Assembly: GCA_030324005.1 (NCBI GenBank)
Contig: JARDVH010000025.1
Coordinates: forward strand, 40,164,836 to 40,228,835
Origin: Negaprion brevirostris
Taxonomy: Eukaryota
Length of the DNA stretch: 64,000 bases
Direction of reading: 5' to 3'
Position numbers and translations under genes: made by a program
The notes under the pieces: model-generated
What the model was told of the DNA's origin: nothing
The model's database searches: none
The model's input: only the letters and a program-made list of their open reading frames with translations
Shown here: positions 37,325-48,030 of the stretch, in pieces
Position numbering within the stretch: the first letter of the stretch is position 1
Layout: each line of letters opens with the position of its first letter

Positions 37325-37735
37325 TGAAGCAATGACCATATTACCCTCATTAACCCTCTCTGCACTCATCAGAAACTCATGAATGCAAGTTAGAAATGAT
37401 TTGCCTTTAACAAATCCATACTGGCTTTCCTTAATTAATCCACAATTGTTTAAGTGACTGTTAATTTTATCCTCCAACATTGCTAAGAGCTCTTCTACGA
37501 GGAACGTTAATCTGAAAGGTCTGTATTTGCTGGATTCATCCTTGCCTCTGTTCCAGAACAAAGTGTATTGTTCACAATTCTCCAGTCGTCTGGCACCAGG
37601 CTTGTATCTAAGGAGGATGAGAAGATCATGACCAGTGCCTCTGTAATTTTCACTCTTATTTCCCTCAGCATCCTGAGATGTACCCATCCAGTTCTGGTGA
37701 CTTATCCACCTTAAGTAGAGGCAGTTTTTCCTCAA
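37325..37735 (-). mobile_element. CR1 ORF2 (RT) fragment
   Basis: YRPFRLT...LIKESQYGFVKGKSFLT motif. Confidence 0.75.
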
Positions 37736-38480
37736 ACCTTCACCGTAGAGGTGAGAGTTAGAGTGTCTTTGTGCCAGGTACCTGCCTTTAGTGTGAAACT
37801 GACTGAGTTTTGGTTTTTCTCAGATGTGAACCCTGAAAGTTTTTTTTTAATGGANNNNNNAAATAGGTTTCCTGTCCACATAAAACCAGTGGGGGCAAGA
37901 ATGGCTTAAACACCCATTACTGAGGCCACTCATTGTCCTGAGGTAGAGAGTTTGTGCTAAAGAGAAGCAAGAAGTTGCAGGGGAGCCAAAGAACTGAGAC
38001 CCAGGAAGGAGAGGCAGGGAAGTCTCTTCCCAGAGGATGGTGGGGCAAGCCACCTTGTAATGCAGCAGGTCCACCTTCCTGTTCAGCGACATCTCTCTTT
38101 GGTGAGCAACTTGCCTCTTCTTCTTCCAGGGCTTTACTATTATCAAGGTCCACATCTCTCTGGAGGGCCATGTTTTGGAGAGTGCAGATTATCACTCTGA
38201 CCGAGATGATGTGGAGGATGAGGAAGAGGAAGGGGATGAGTTTGCAGGGCATCACATGACTGCACTGGGCACAGACCCATATTCACTTAGAAGGCAATTC
38301 GAAGCTCTGGTCTGTCATAATTCAGCTAAAATCTTTTATCATCTAGCAGCGAGCTCATTGGAAAATAACATATTTTGTTAATCACAGTCTCTGCTGCTCT
38401 TATACTTTAATTCCATCCTCAGTCCAAAATCTGTTACACACTGGGAGAAATTTGTAAAGAGGCACTGACAGCAGGGTGGC

Positions 38481-38524
38481 CAACATCACAGGTTTAACAA
38501 CATCACCGGTTTAACAACATCACC
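38481..38524. repeat. 17-bp tandem repeat, about 2.6 copies
   Basis: CAACATCAC(A/C)GGTTTAA x2 followed by CAACATCACC. Confidence 0.9.
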
Positions 38525-39101
38525 ATGCATACGGCTCAGATCATGAATATATCAAAAAATTCAAAGGCAAGCAGTATAATGAACTATTTACAGGTAGACA
38601 CTACACAAGTTCAAAAACAAATAAATAAATGTGAACACTCTCATTTGGCAAAAGAACAAACTGATTTTTCTTCCCTTTGAACTGTATCTGTAAGTCATAT
38701 TTAACAAATGATTATCATCCGTGTCTTATCTGTTGGGGACCAACACGGTGGTTATATGGACAGAGCAGGGGCAGATGGTAGTTCTTTGGAATATCACAAA
38801 ACTGAAGGCTACAATTTAGCAATCCTAGATCCCGAGTGCTTTTTAACTGATCTCTCATTATGCCCTGCCACCTTCAGTGATTTGTGCATATGTAGCCCCA
38901 GGTCCCTCTATTCCTAAGCCTCCTTTAGAAATCTACCCTGCCTCTCCTCATTCTTCCGACCAAAATGAATTACTTCACATCTCTCTGCATTAAATTTCTT
39001 CCCATTCCCCCGACTTACGTCTTTTTGAAGTTCTATACTACATTCCTCATGGTTCACTACTTCCAAGCTTTGTTATCCAGAAATTTTGAAACTGTGCCCT
39101 G

Positions 39102-39301
39102 TGCAGTAAGATGTGGAGGTGCTGGTGTTGGACTGGGGTGGGGACAGTAAGAAGTCTCACAACACCAGGTTAAAGTCCAACAGATTTATTTCAGATAAAT
39201 GTCACACTCACCTGAGGAAGGAGCAGTGCTCCGAAAGCTCGTGATTCCAAATAAATCTGTTGGACTTTAACCTGATGTTGAGGCTTCTTACCCTGCCCAC
39301 C
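39102..39301. mobile_element. Penelope-like pseudo-LTR fragments in inverted arrangement
   Basis: About 39147-39191 (taagaagtctcacaacaccaggttaaagtccaacagatttattt) is the near reverse complement of about 39249-39290; the hammerhead motif lies between the arms. Confidence 0.65.
39208..39244 (+). ncRNA. Minimal type I hammerhead ribozyme motif in a Penelope-like repeat
   Basis: TCAC-CTGAGGA-A-GGAGC(AGT)GCTCC-GAAA-GC-TC-GTGA: intact CUGANGA and GAAA core, 5-bp stem II, UH site, stem I TCAC/GTGA. Confidence 0.75.
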
Positions 39302-39979
39302 AAGATGTAGGTTATTAATAAATATGTAGAGCAGCATGGGCGAGTGGGGAACCTGATTATAAACTTCCCTTCGGTCTGAAAAACAACTGTTCGCCATTAC
39401 TTTTGGTTTCCTGTCAGTCAGCCAATTTGCCACATTTTCCTGCTGTCTCTTCTATTCCATGAGCTCCAACTTTGTTCACAAGTCTGTAAATAGCATTTTG
39501 TCAAATATCTTTTGGAAGCCCACATACACCCAATCAACCACATTGCCCTCATCGATCTTCATTCATGTCTTTGCTACTTCTAAATGATTTCTCCTGGCTG
39601 ACACCCACCCCTCTGCCACCATCTTCCACCCTTCATAAAATTTTAGCTCTTCCAGAACTCTGCTGCCATGTCTCAACTGGCAGCAATGGCAGGATTTTCC
39701 AGCCCATCCCGCCAGCACAATCTCCTGGGGAACCTGCTGCCACGGGGCTTAAATCCTGACCAAGTCCTGTTCATCCACCATCCCCGTGCTCGCTGACTGA
39801 GATAGGTTTCCCAGTTAAGTAATGCCTCAATTTTAAAATGCTCATCCTGATTTCAAATGCCTCCACAACCTTTCAACCTCTTCACCCTGCAAACAGGAAA
39901 TGTCTGTGCTCAAGCCCATTGCACGCTCCAATTTTAATCTTTCACCCAAGCCAACTGGGATAGCTTATATTTTTTAAAG

Positions 39980-40260
39980 CTTATTTTAGTGTCACAAGTA
40001 GACTTACATTAATCCTGCAATGAAGTTACTGTGAAAATGCCCTAGTTGTCACACTCTGGCACCTATTCAGGTACACCGAAGGAGAATTTAGCACGGCCAA
40101 TCGACATAACCAGCTGGTCTTTCGGGCTGTGGGAGGAAACTGGAGCACCTGGGAGGAAACCTATGTAGACAAGGGGAAAACATGCAAACTCCACACTGAC
40201 AGTGACCCAAGTCGGGAATTGAACCCAGGTCCCTGGCGCTGTGAGGCAGCAGTGCCACCG
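39980..40260 (-). mobile_element. V-SINE-like SINE, tail B
   Basis: Family sequence on the minus strand. Confidence 0.85.
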
Positions 40261-40547
40261 TTATACTGTCAAGAAGCCCAGACACCTCAGTGGGCTTGGA
40301 GAATCCCGACCAAGTTCTGAAATTTCACACCATTCAACTCATCTTCACAATGAAACGATTTTATTTTTCTGTATTATGTTCTCATTGGATAAAAAAGAAA
40401 TAAATCTGAAAAACATGAGCCTTTGTATCTTTGAATCTTCCCTATTTCAAAGAATGCCTAAATGACTCAAACATCCTAATCTCTATAATGAGATAAATCC
40501 CAACTATTCTAGCTTCTTATCCCAATCCAACGGGAATGCAGACTTAC

Positions 40548-40707
40548 CATGCAGGTGCCTTGAGTTTGAAAAGCTTCTCAGAAGCCATAATAACTCGGAA
40601 AGGATCATTTGCCAACATGCTGGCGCCTAGGAAAAAGCCCACATCCCAGTAACTCTGTATTTTTTCCAGGTTTCCCTTTTTCCCCAGTAAGCTGCTGAGT
40701 TTTACAC
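40548..40707 (-). CDS. MAP3K5: MAP3K5 coding exon (approx. exon 9), [54 protein letters not shown]
   Basis: Acceptor ctcatttgtacAG, donor TG|GTAAGT; 160 nt. Confidence 0.96.
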
Positions 40708-41176
40708 CTGTACAAATGAGAAAAACCACCAACATTAGCATAGTTGTGGAAATCAGATTGCTGCATTACAATGAAATTGGCTCATAAATAAAAGCACAAT
40801 TAGATGTGACAATATTTGAGTTGATTCCTTAAAGAGAAAATCTGTAACATGTCAATGGCATAAAGCAACCAGTATACAATTATGACCAATGTTTCCATCG
40901 TCCATAAAATATCCCAAATTTGCAGATCTTGGGAGACAATATTATCCCAGATTTTAACTGCTTTCCTTCTAGCTTTTATTCTTTTCAGTTTTTGTCAATA
41001 TTTAGGGAGGACATGCACAACATTCTGATCTTAATCTCAATTCTCCAGTTGAATCAAACATCATGAATCAAGAACAGAGCAAAACATTGGGCCAGCATGT
41101 TCTCTTAATGAACTGGTTTGTCAACACATCCAATGCAGTTACAGAGAGTGTCCCTCAGCTTCAGGTCATAATGATG

Positions 41177-41497
41177 GGCAGCAGTGGCACAATGGTTAAC
41201 ACTGCTGCCACACAGTGCCAGGGATCTGTGTTCGATCCCCAGCTTGGGTCACTGTCTGTGAGGAGTTTGCACATTCTCCTCGTGTCTGCATGAATTTCCT
41301 CCGGGTGCTCCGGTCTCCTCCCACGGTGCAAAGATGTGCAGGTTAGGTGGATTGGCCATTCTAAATTGCCTCTTAGTGTCAGAGGGACTAGCCAGGGTAA
41401 ATGCATGGGGTTATGGGGATAGAGCCTGGGTGGGATCGTGGCTGCTGCAGACCTGATGGGCCAAATGGCCTCCTTCTGCACTGTAGGATTCTATGAT
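41177..41497 (+). mobile_element. V-SINE/HE1-like SINE, tail A, full length
   Basis: Head, body and tail all present; further copies at 42180-42420 (+), 44070-44303 (-) and 49827-50148 (-). Confidence 0.88.
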
Positions 41498-44400
41498 TAA
41501 TATCACCAAAGTTGTTCCTCCACGAATCTGGAACATTTTCACAGACTGTTCCATGAATAACTCATGCCACCTCCTCTGCATTGGCACTCACTCAGTGGAA
41601 TATATACCAAAATAATGTGTAATCGATTGAATGAGGGGGCAGATAGAAGGGTCGATATTCTACATTTTTGTCATTCAAGTCACCAAGCTAGTTGGACTCT
41701 AAGCATAAGCTTGAATATTTAATGTATATTTATACTATTCATACAAAGATCTGTCTATTTAGCCAACACTGCACTTGATTCAATGACAAGTAACTAACAT
41801 TTAATACTAAAGGAATATTATGGTGCACCCTCTTCCCAGTTTTTGTTGAATTTAGAATCGAGGTCATTAAGCCTATGACCAGCAGATTCAAGGATTCTGA
41901 CATTACTTTCAGACAGTCCTCATGGTCATTTTGAAATTGTTGCTGTCAATGGACAGAAGTTGCACTTTTGGGCATAGAAAAATCACAAAAATCTGTCACC
42001 TCAACTCCTCTTTTTCACCTAGAAATGAGATGCAGTGTGATATCTGTGATGATAACCACTTAGTATCTTTTTTTTTTATTTTCCTCGGTTATACTCCCAC
42101 ATATATGTCTTTACATTCTTCTTTGATAACTTTTGTTACAAGGCAATTTTAAATTTTGATTCGAGTTAGATTAGGTTTTCTGGAGTTTCTCACAACATTC
42201 TCTCCATGTCTGCATGGATTTCCTCTGGGTGCTCCGGCCTCCTCCCATATTCCAAAAATACACAGATTAGGTGGGATGGCCGTGCTGAATTGCCGCTTAG
42301 TGTTAGAGGGATTACAACGGTGAATACCTGGGGTTACGTCGTTAGGGCCTGGGTGGGATTGTTGGCAATGCAGGCTCGATGGGCTGAATGGCCTCCTTCT
42401 GCACTGTAGGGATTCTATGAATTAGGAACGTAGAAACAGGAGCAGAAAATTGGGCTGTTCAGGCATTGAACAGAATCATGACTAATCTGCAACCCAATTC
42501 CACTTACACACCTTGGTCCCACATCCCTTCATGCCATGGGCTGCTACCAATTAATCTCAGTTTTGAACATATCAGTTGATCCAGCATCAACAGCTATTTG
42601 GAGACGAGAGCTTCAAACGTTGTCACTCTTTCCGTGAAGAAGTTTGGCCCTAATCTTTGGACCATGCCCCCTAATCCCAGGTTCCCCAACCAGCAGAAAA
42701 TGAGCAGCAGGGAAGGAGTGAAACTTTCCAGAATATTCCCTCATTTATCAGATACAATCCATGATGGAGTACATGGATGTTAAATCTATGAAAGTTAAGG
42801 ATTTGATGAGGTTAACAAACCTTTCATCAGTCAGTGCTTTAAATGTTCGTAGAATTCAAGATTAGATGGGATTATTGCATATACAATAGAAATCATATTA
42901 ATTATTCATATGGTCAAGACAATTGCAGATAAACAACATCTCTCATTGTTTGTAATGCTAAGGAAAATCTAGGGTATATAGTGAACAGTTCATGCCTGCT
43001 TTGTACCATTAGCAAAGTTACACTGCATCCTTCTGCCTGACCCAACCTTCCCCTTGACACCAGATGCAACAGTATGAATTTACACGTTCAATGTCTGCAC
43101 AAATTTGATAACTTTTCTGCTGATTCAAAAACAAAGAGGAGAATCTGTCACTCTTCACTACTTCCTCTTTCCGCAGCTGTGGTCGAGAAAATGTATTTTT
43201 AATATTGCAGATGTATGTCACACACANNNNNNNNNNNNNNNNNNNNNNNNNNNNNNNNNNNNNNNNNNNNNNNNNNNNNNNNNNNNNNNNNNNNNNNNNN
43301 NNNNNNNNNNNNNNNNNNNNNNNNNNNNNNNNNNNNNNNNNNNNNNNNNNNNNNNNNNNNNNNNNNNNNNNNNNNNNNNNNNNNNNNNNNNNNNNNNNNN
43401 NNNNNNNNNNNNNNNNNNNNNNNNNNNNNNNNNNNNNNNNNNNNNNNNNNNNNNNNNNNNNNNNNNNNNNNNNNNNNNNNNNNNNNNNNNNNNNNNNNNN
43501 NNNNNNNNNNNNNNNNNNNNNNNNNNNNNNNNNNNNNNNNNNNNNNNNNNNNNNNNNNNNNNNNNNNNNNNNNNNNNNNNNNNNNNNNNNNNNNNNNNNN
43601 NNNNNNNNNNNNNNNNNNNNNNNNNNNNNNNNNNNNNNNNNNNNNNNNNNNNNNNNNNNNNNNNNNNNNNNNNNNNNNNNNNNNNNNNNNNNNNNNNNNN
43701 NNNNNNNNNNNNNNNNNNNNNNNNNNNNNNNNNNNNNNNNNNNNNNNNNNNNNNNNNNNNNNNNNNNNNNNNNNNNNNNNNNNNNNNNNNNNNNNNNNNN
43801 NNNNNNNNNNNNNNNNNNNNNNNNNNNNNNNNNNNNNNNNNNNNNNNNNNNNNNNNNNNNNNNNNNNNNNNNNNNNNNNNNNNNNNNNNNNNNNNNNNNN
43901 NNNNNNNNNNNNNNNNNNNNNNNNNNNNNNNNNNNNNNNNNNNNNNNNNNNNNNNNNNNNNNNNNNNNNNNNNNNNNNNNNNNNNNNNNNNNNNNNNNNN
44001 NNNNNNNNNNNNNNNNNNNNNNNNNNNNNNNNNNNNNNNNNNNNNNNNNNNNNNNNNNNNNNNNNNNNNGAATCCCTACAGTGTAGGAGAGGTCATTCGA
44101 TCCATCAAGTCTGTACCAATTCTCTGACAGAATATCTTACCCAGGCCCTCTCCCCCACACTATCCCCACAACTCCATACATTCCCCATGGCTAATCTATC
44201 TAACCTACACATTGTGGGACACTAAGGACAATTTACCACAGCAAAACAACTTAATTTGCACATCTTTGAACGGTTGGAGGACACTCATGCAAGCACAGGG
44301 AGAGCGTTATGAAGAAACGTGGGACACTACCCCGTACAGAAATAATAGAGCTGTTGTGCTCCTAATCTAAACCCAGCAACAATAATAAAAAACCTGGGAA

Positions 44401-44755
44401 AGCTGAAGGGAGGAACAATTCAGATTGTCCTGCATATCACACTAGATTTGATGGGGATAAGTGACCTTTCTTGAGTCAGTGCTTTCTAATGCATTCCTTA
44501 TAACCAACATTAGAAGATTAAACCTCTGTACTTCCAAGTACAGAGAGTCTTAAAGCTGTGTTCTGTAGCTTTATTAGTCAAACTGATGTTTCATCTTGTA
44601 TCAAGATTTCTTTAACCGAATACACTTGCTGGAATGCCTATCAAGGTAACATTCATTTAAAAGACAACTGACATTTTGAATATTGACTGGCAGCCAACTT
44701 CTTTAAATAACCAGGTTTATTAAAATATTTACAACCAGAAAGTGAAACTAATTAC

Positions 44756-44868
44756 CGGTTTTGTGCAGTTCAAAGGATGTGTCAAACTGATGCCCTGCTG
44801 CGAGGAGAAGAACTGCTAGGTTTATCCCAGAATGTACCGTTGGCTCAGATTCAAAGGCCTTTCCGTAC
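44756..44868 (-). CDS. MAP3K5: MAP3K5 coding exon (approx. exon 8), [38 protein letters not shown]
   Basis: Read by hand; acceptor cttctattaaAG, donor CG|GTAATT; 113 nt; phases consistent. Confidence 0.93.
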
Positions 44869-46246
44869 CTTTAATAGAAGTTTCAACGTTAGTCAACCTC
44901 ACAACGTTTATATAATCAGTGAATGTAATTAATTTAATATAAGCAAGCATGCACAGGACCAACTGGAAAAATTGTGGGTGTTTATTTAGGAGGTCCAGTT
45001 GAGAAATTATCACTGAAAATTTATTTAGGCAAAAAGAACGTCTCAGCAGTACTCGAATTTGAAAGTCAAAATGAATCCTGTAAATGCAGAATGCCCACAA
45101 GCCATTCAGCATCCTGAGGAGAATCAGACATGTTTCCCAACTAAAAATAGGAAGCATGGACTCATGCCTACTCACTCACCCAATAGTGAAGATGTATACC
45201 TACTGCTAGGTTAAAGATTCGAATAGTATCTTAAATAGGATAATGTTTTAAAAACGGAACCACAAAGCAGGTTGGAAACTGACTCTTATTCTTGTACACA
45301 CAACTACAAAGTGAATGCTGAGCCCATCACAGTTACATAACAACTGAAGCATAGAGGTCCTTGCTAACTTTAACAAATGACCCGAGAAATGGTTTGCTTT
45401 ATCAATTAGCATGAAAGAATTCAGCGATATATGTGTCATGATGGAATCCAGGGATGGGGTGGGAGGTAGGAACAATTGTATATTGTTCTCCTCTAACACA
45501 AGAGAAATTTAATCGCAGCAACAGCATCAGTGCATCACTGTATGAAGAGCACGGCTTGCAATTTCAGTCAGAATAACACTCATAACTCAGTCTAAGATAT
45601 TGGCCTGAGCATCATAGTTTGATGCTGGGTGCATAANNNNNNNNNNTTTCCCCTATGGATTCTCTGCCTGAGTTTCTTTTTCCTTCTTTCCAGCCAAAAT
45701 GATTGTGAATGAGTGCATCTTAATCCAATGTTGCTCAATGAATGCTTACTCTCAAAATTAAATATTCACTTGTGTATTCACAATGTAACAATGTACAATG
45801 ATACTAATCTTATATTCTCACTTCAATAACCAGCTAAATGTGGTAGAACTGTTCCATGTTGTGGCATGGACCTGATTGACCAAATAGCCTCCTTCTGTGC
45901 TGCTATGATTCTGTGACAATGACTCTATAACTAGCGCAGTACAAAACCACAGAGCAAGCAAGCTTGTTCAGCTAACACAATGGGCTCACTATACATCAAT
46001 GGCATCAGCTGGAAGCACAAATCAAGGAAGGGACTGAATATGTAGTGAGTGTATCAATATAACTCAGAAGAACTTTATCCTTCTCTATTTTCTGCCTTCA
46101 AGCCTTGAACAAACATAAGCTACTGACTCCTTCTGCAGCCAAATTATTTAAACAAAAATAGTGCCAAGAGTGGTTGTTATGCATTCATTACACAAACTGA
46201 GTTCAAGGTACCTCTACAATGCAAATAATGTGGAGTGAATGCTTAC

Positions 46247-46417
46247 CAATAAGCACCATTATCTCGGCTTTCAGTGTCCTGGAAGCCAGAGTCTAGAAAC
46301 ATGTCCTTGTAGATCCTTCCCAACAGGCAGTATATATCAGATGGCACCTGCTCTTCGGACTGTACCATTGGCAACAATATAGCAATGGCACTTTGTCGGT
46401 CACCCGAGAGATTTCTC
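46247..46417 (-). CDS. MAP3K5: MAP3K5 coding exon (approx. exon 7), RNLSGDRQSAIAILLPMVQSEEQVPSDIYCLLGRIYKDMFLDSGFQDTESRDNGAYW
   Basis: Acceptor ttttttggtgtAG, donor TG|GTAAGC; 171 nt; TPR-like GRIYKDMF motif of the ASK family. Confidence 0.95.
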
Positions 46418-46797
46418 CTACACCAAAAAAAGCGTACAAAAATTATATGTGGGTGCAGACCAAATTTCAGAAACCTGTTTGGAATTATATACTCCAAAAC
46501 AACACCAGACAATTTGCCTGATTCACCACATTTCCTAAAGTTACAACTTTTAAGCAGACTCAATTGCAGCTTTCAAAATGCTGACTAACAGGGCCTAAAA
46601 TCCAATCTGCAGTAAGGGTGTCTCACTACTACTACTCTTTAAGTAGAGGAACGATAGGTGATAAATACATGGGCTGCACTGTCCTTAAATTTGAAGCNNN
46701 NNNNNNNNNNNNNNNNNNNNNNNNNNNNNNNNNNNNNNNNNNNNNNNNNNNNNNNNNNNNNNNNNNNNNNNNNNNNNNNNNNNNNNNNNNNNNNNNN

Positions 46798-47302
46798 ACT
46801 GCCTCTCTAGTAACAATGATCTCATTCAGGCCCTCCACTCCTACCATCTTTCCATCGTTAACACCCGGCAAACTGTTCGCGTCCTCCTCCGTGAAGACCG
46901 AAGCAAAAAAGTTATTCAAAGCCTCAGCCATTTCTTCATCCCCCACCACTAAATCCCCCCTCTCATCCTCTAAGGGTCCAACATTCACCCTAGCCAGCCT
47001 CTTTCTTTTTATATATTTATGAAAACTCTTACTATCCTTTTTTATATTTAGCGCTAGCCTAGATTCATAGTCTATCCTTCCTTTATCAACTTCGTCATCC
47101 TTCTTTGTTGATATTTAAACCTCTCCCAATCCTTTTCTCGCCCACTACTCTTAGCCACTCTTAATGCATCAGCTTCTAATTTAATACTCTCCTTTATCTC
47201 CTTCGTTATCCATGGCTGATTATCTCTTCTCCTACGATCCCTCTTTACCATCGGAATAAATTTCTGCTGAGCATCAAGAAAGATCTTAAAGATCCTCCAC
47301 TG
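46798..47302 (-). mobile_element. CR1 ORF2 fragment (well preserved)
   Basis: NVGPLEDERGDLVVGDEEMAEALNNFFASVFTEED and QPWITKEIKESIK; other CR1 pieces at about 48050-48300, 50230-51130, 56480-56820 and 60970-61105. Confidence 0.85.
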
Positions 47303-47668
47303 GAAGCAAACAGTGTACCTGCACAAACGTGTGATTAAAAAAAAAATGTCTTGCGGAAATTGACATGTCCTTGGCAATAAGATCAACCAGATGGGCTGGA
47401 AAGATCCTCTTCAGCGTGTACATTCCTATGACGGATCAGCTCTGTGTGGGTGTGCCACATACTCTCGTGAGACCACATCTGGAGTGCTGTGTACATATTG
47501 GCCTCCTTATTTAAGAAAGATGTAAATGATTTGGAAGTAGTTCAGTAAAGACTTACTAATACCTAGAATGGGTGGAGTGTCTTCTGAGGAATGTTTTGGC
47601 AGGTTATGCTTGTATCCACTGGAATTAAAAATAAGAAGGGACTTGATTGAAACCTTTAAGATTCAAAA

Positions 47669-48030
47669 GGGCCCGATTTTACCATTTGGAGTCTAAAGGC
47701 CGGATCTGGACGTAATACAGATCCGAGCCCGGAATCCTCTTTGCAGCGCGCCCATAGGCTTTTTGCTGGCTGCAGTCTGATTCACGCTGTGGGCGGGGCT
47801 TAGCGCTGCTGGAATGATTGGAGCTCTGAACTGCGCATGTGCAGTTCGAAGAAAATGAAGTGCGCCCGGGTCGGGTGAAAAAAAGCAGAGAGAGAGAGAG
47901 CGGCTCGCCAATCGTTGTCTGATGTTTGGGGGGGGGGGTGGTGGTGGCCTGATTGCTCAGGTGATGGGGGTGGGGCCCACTGCCACTCTGTGGGTGACAC
48001 CCCCCCCCGCCGCAGTTGCTCCTCATATCA
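47669..48030. mobile_element. Truncated PIF/Harbinger-like element related to 34728-35536
   Basis: Starts GGGCCCGATTTTACCATTT and shares ctgtgggcgggg and aactg(c/t)gca motifs with the reverse complement of the right end of that element. Confidence 0.6.

Noticed and set aside
38481-38524. CRISPR-like array
   Set aside because: Simple tandem repeat without spacers in vertebrate intron context; no cas genes
43105-44225. Long ORFs of 290-340 aa (also 57389-58108, 7769-8293 and similar)
   Set aside because: Artefacts of N runs translated as X
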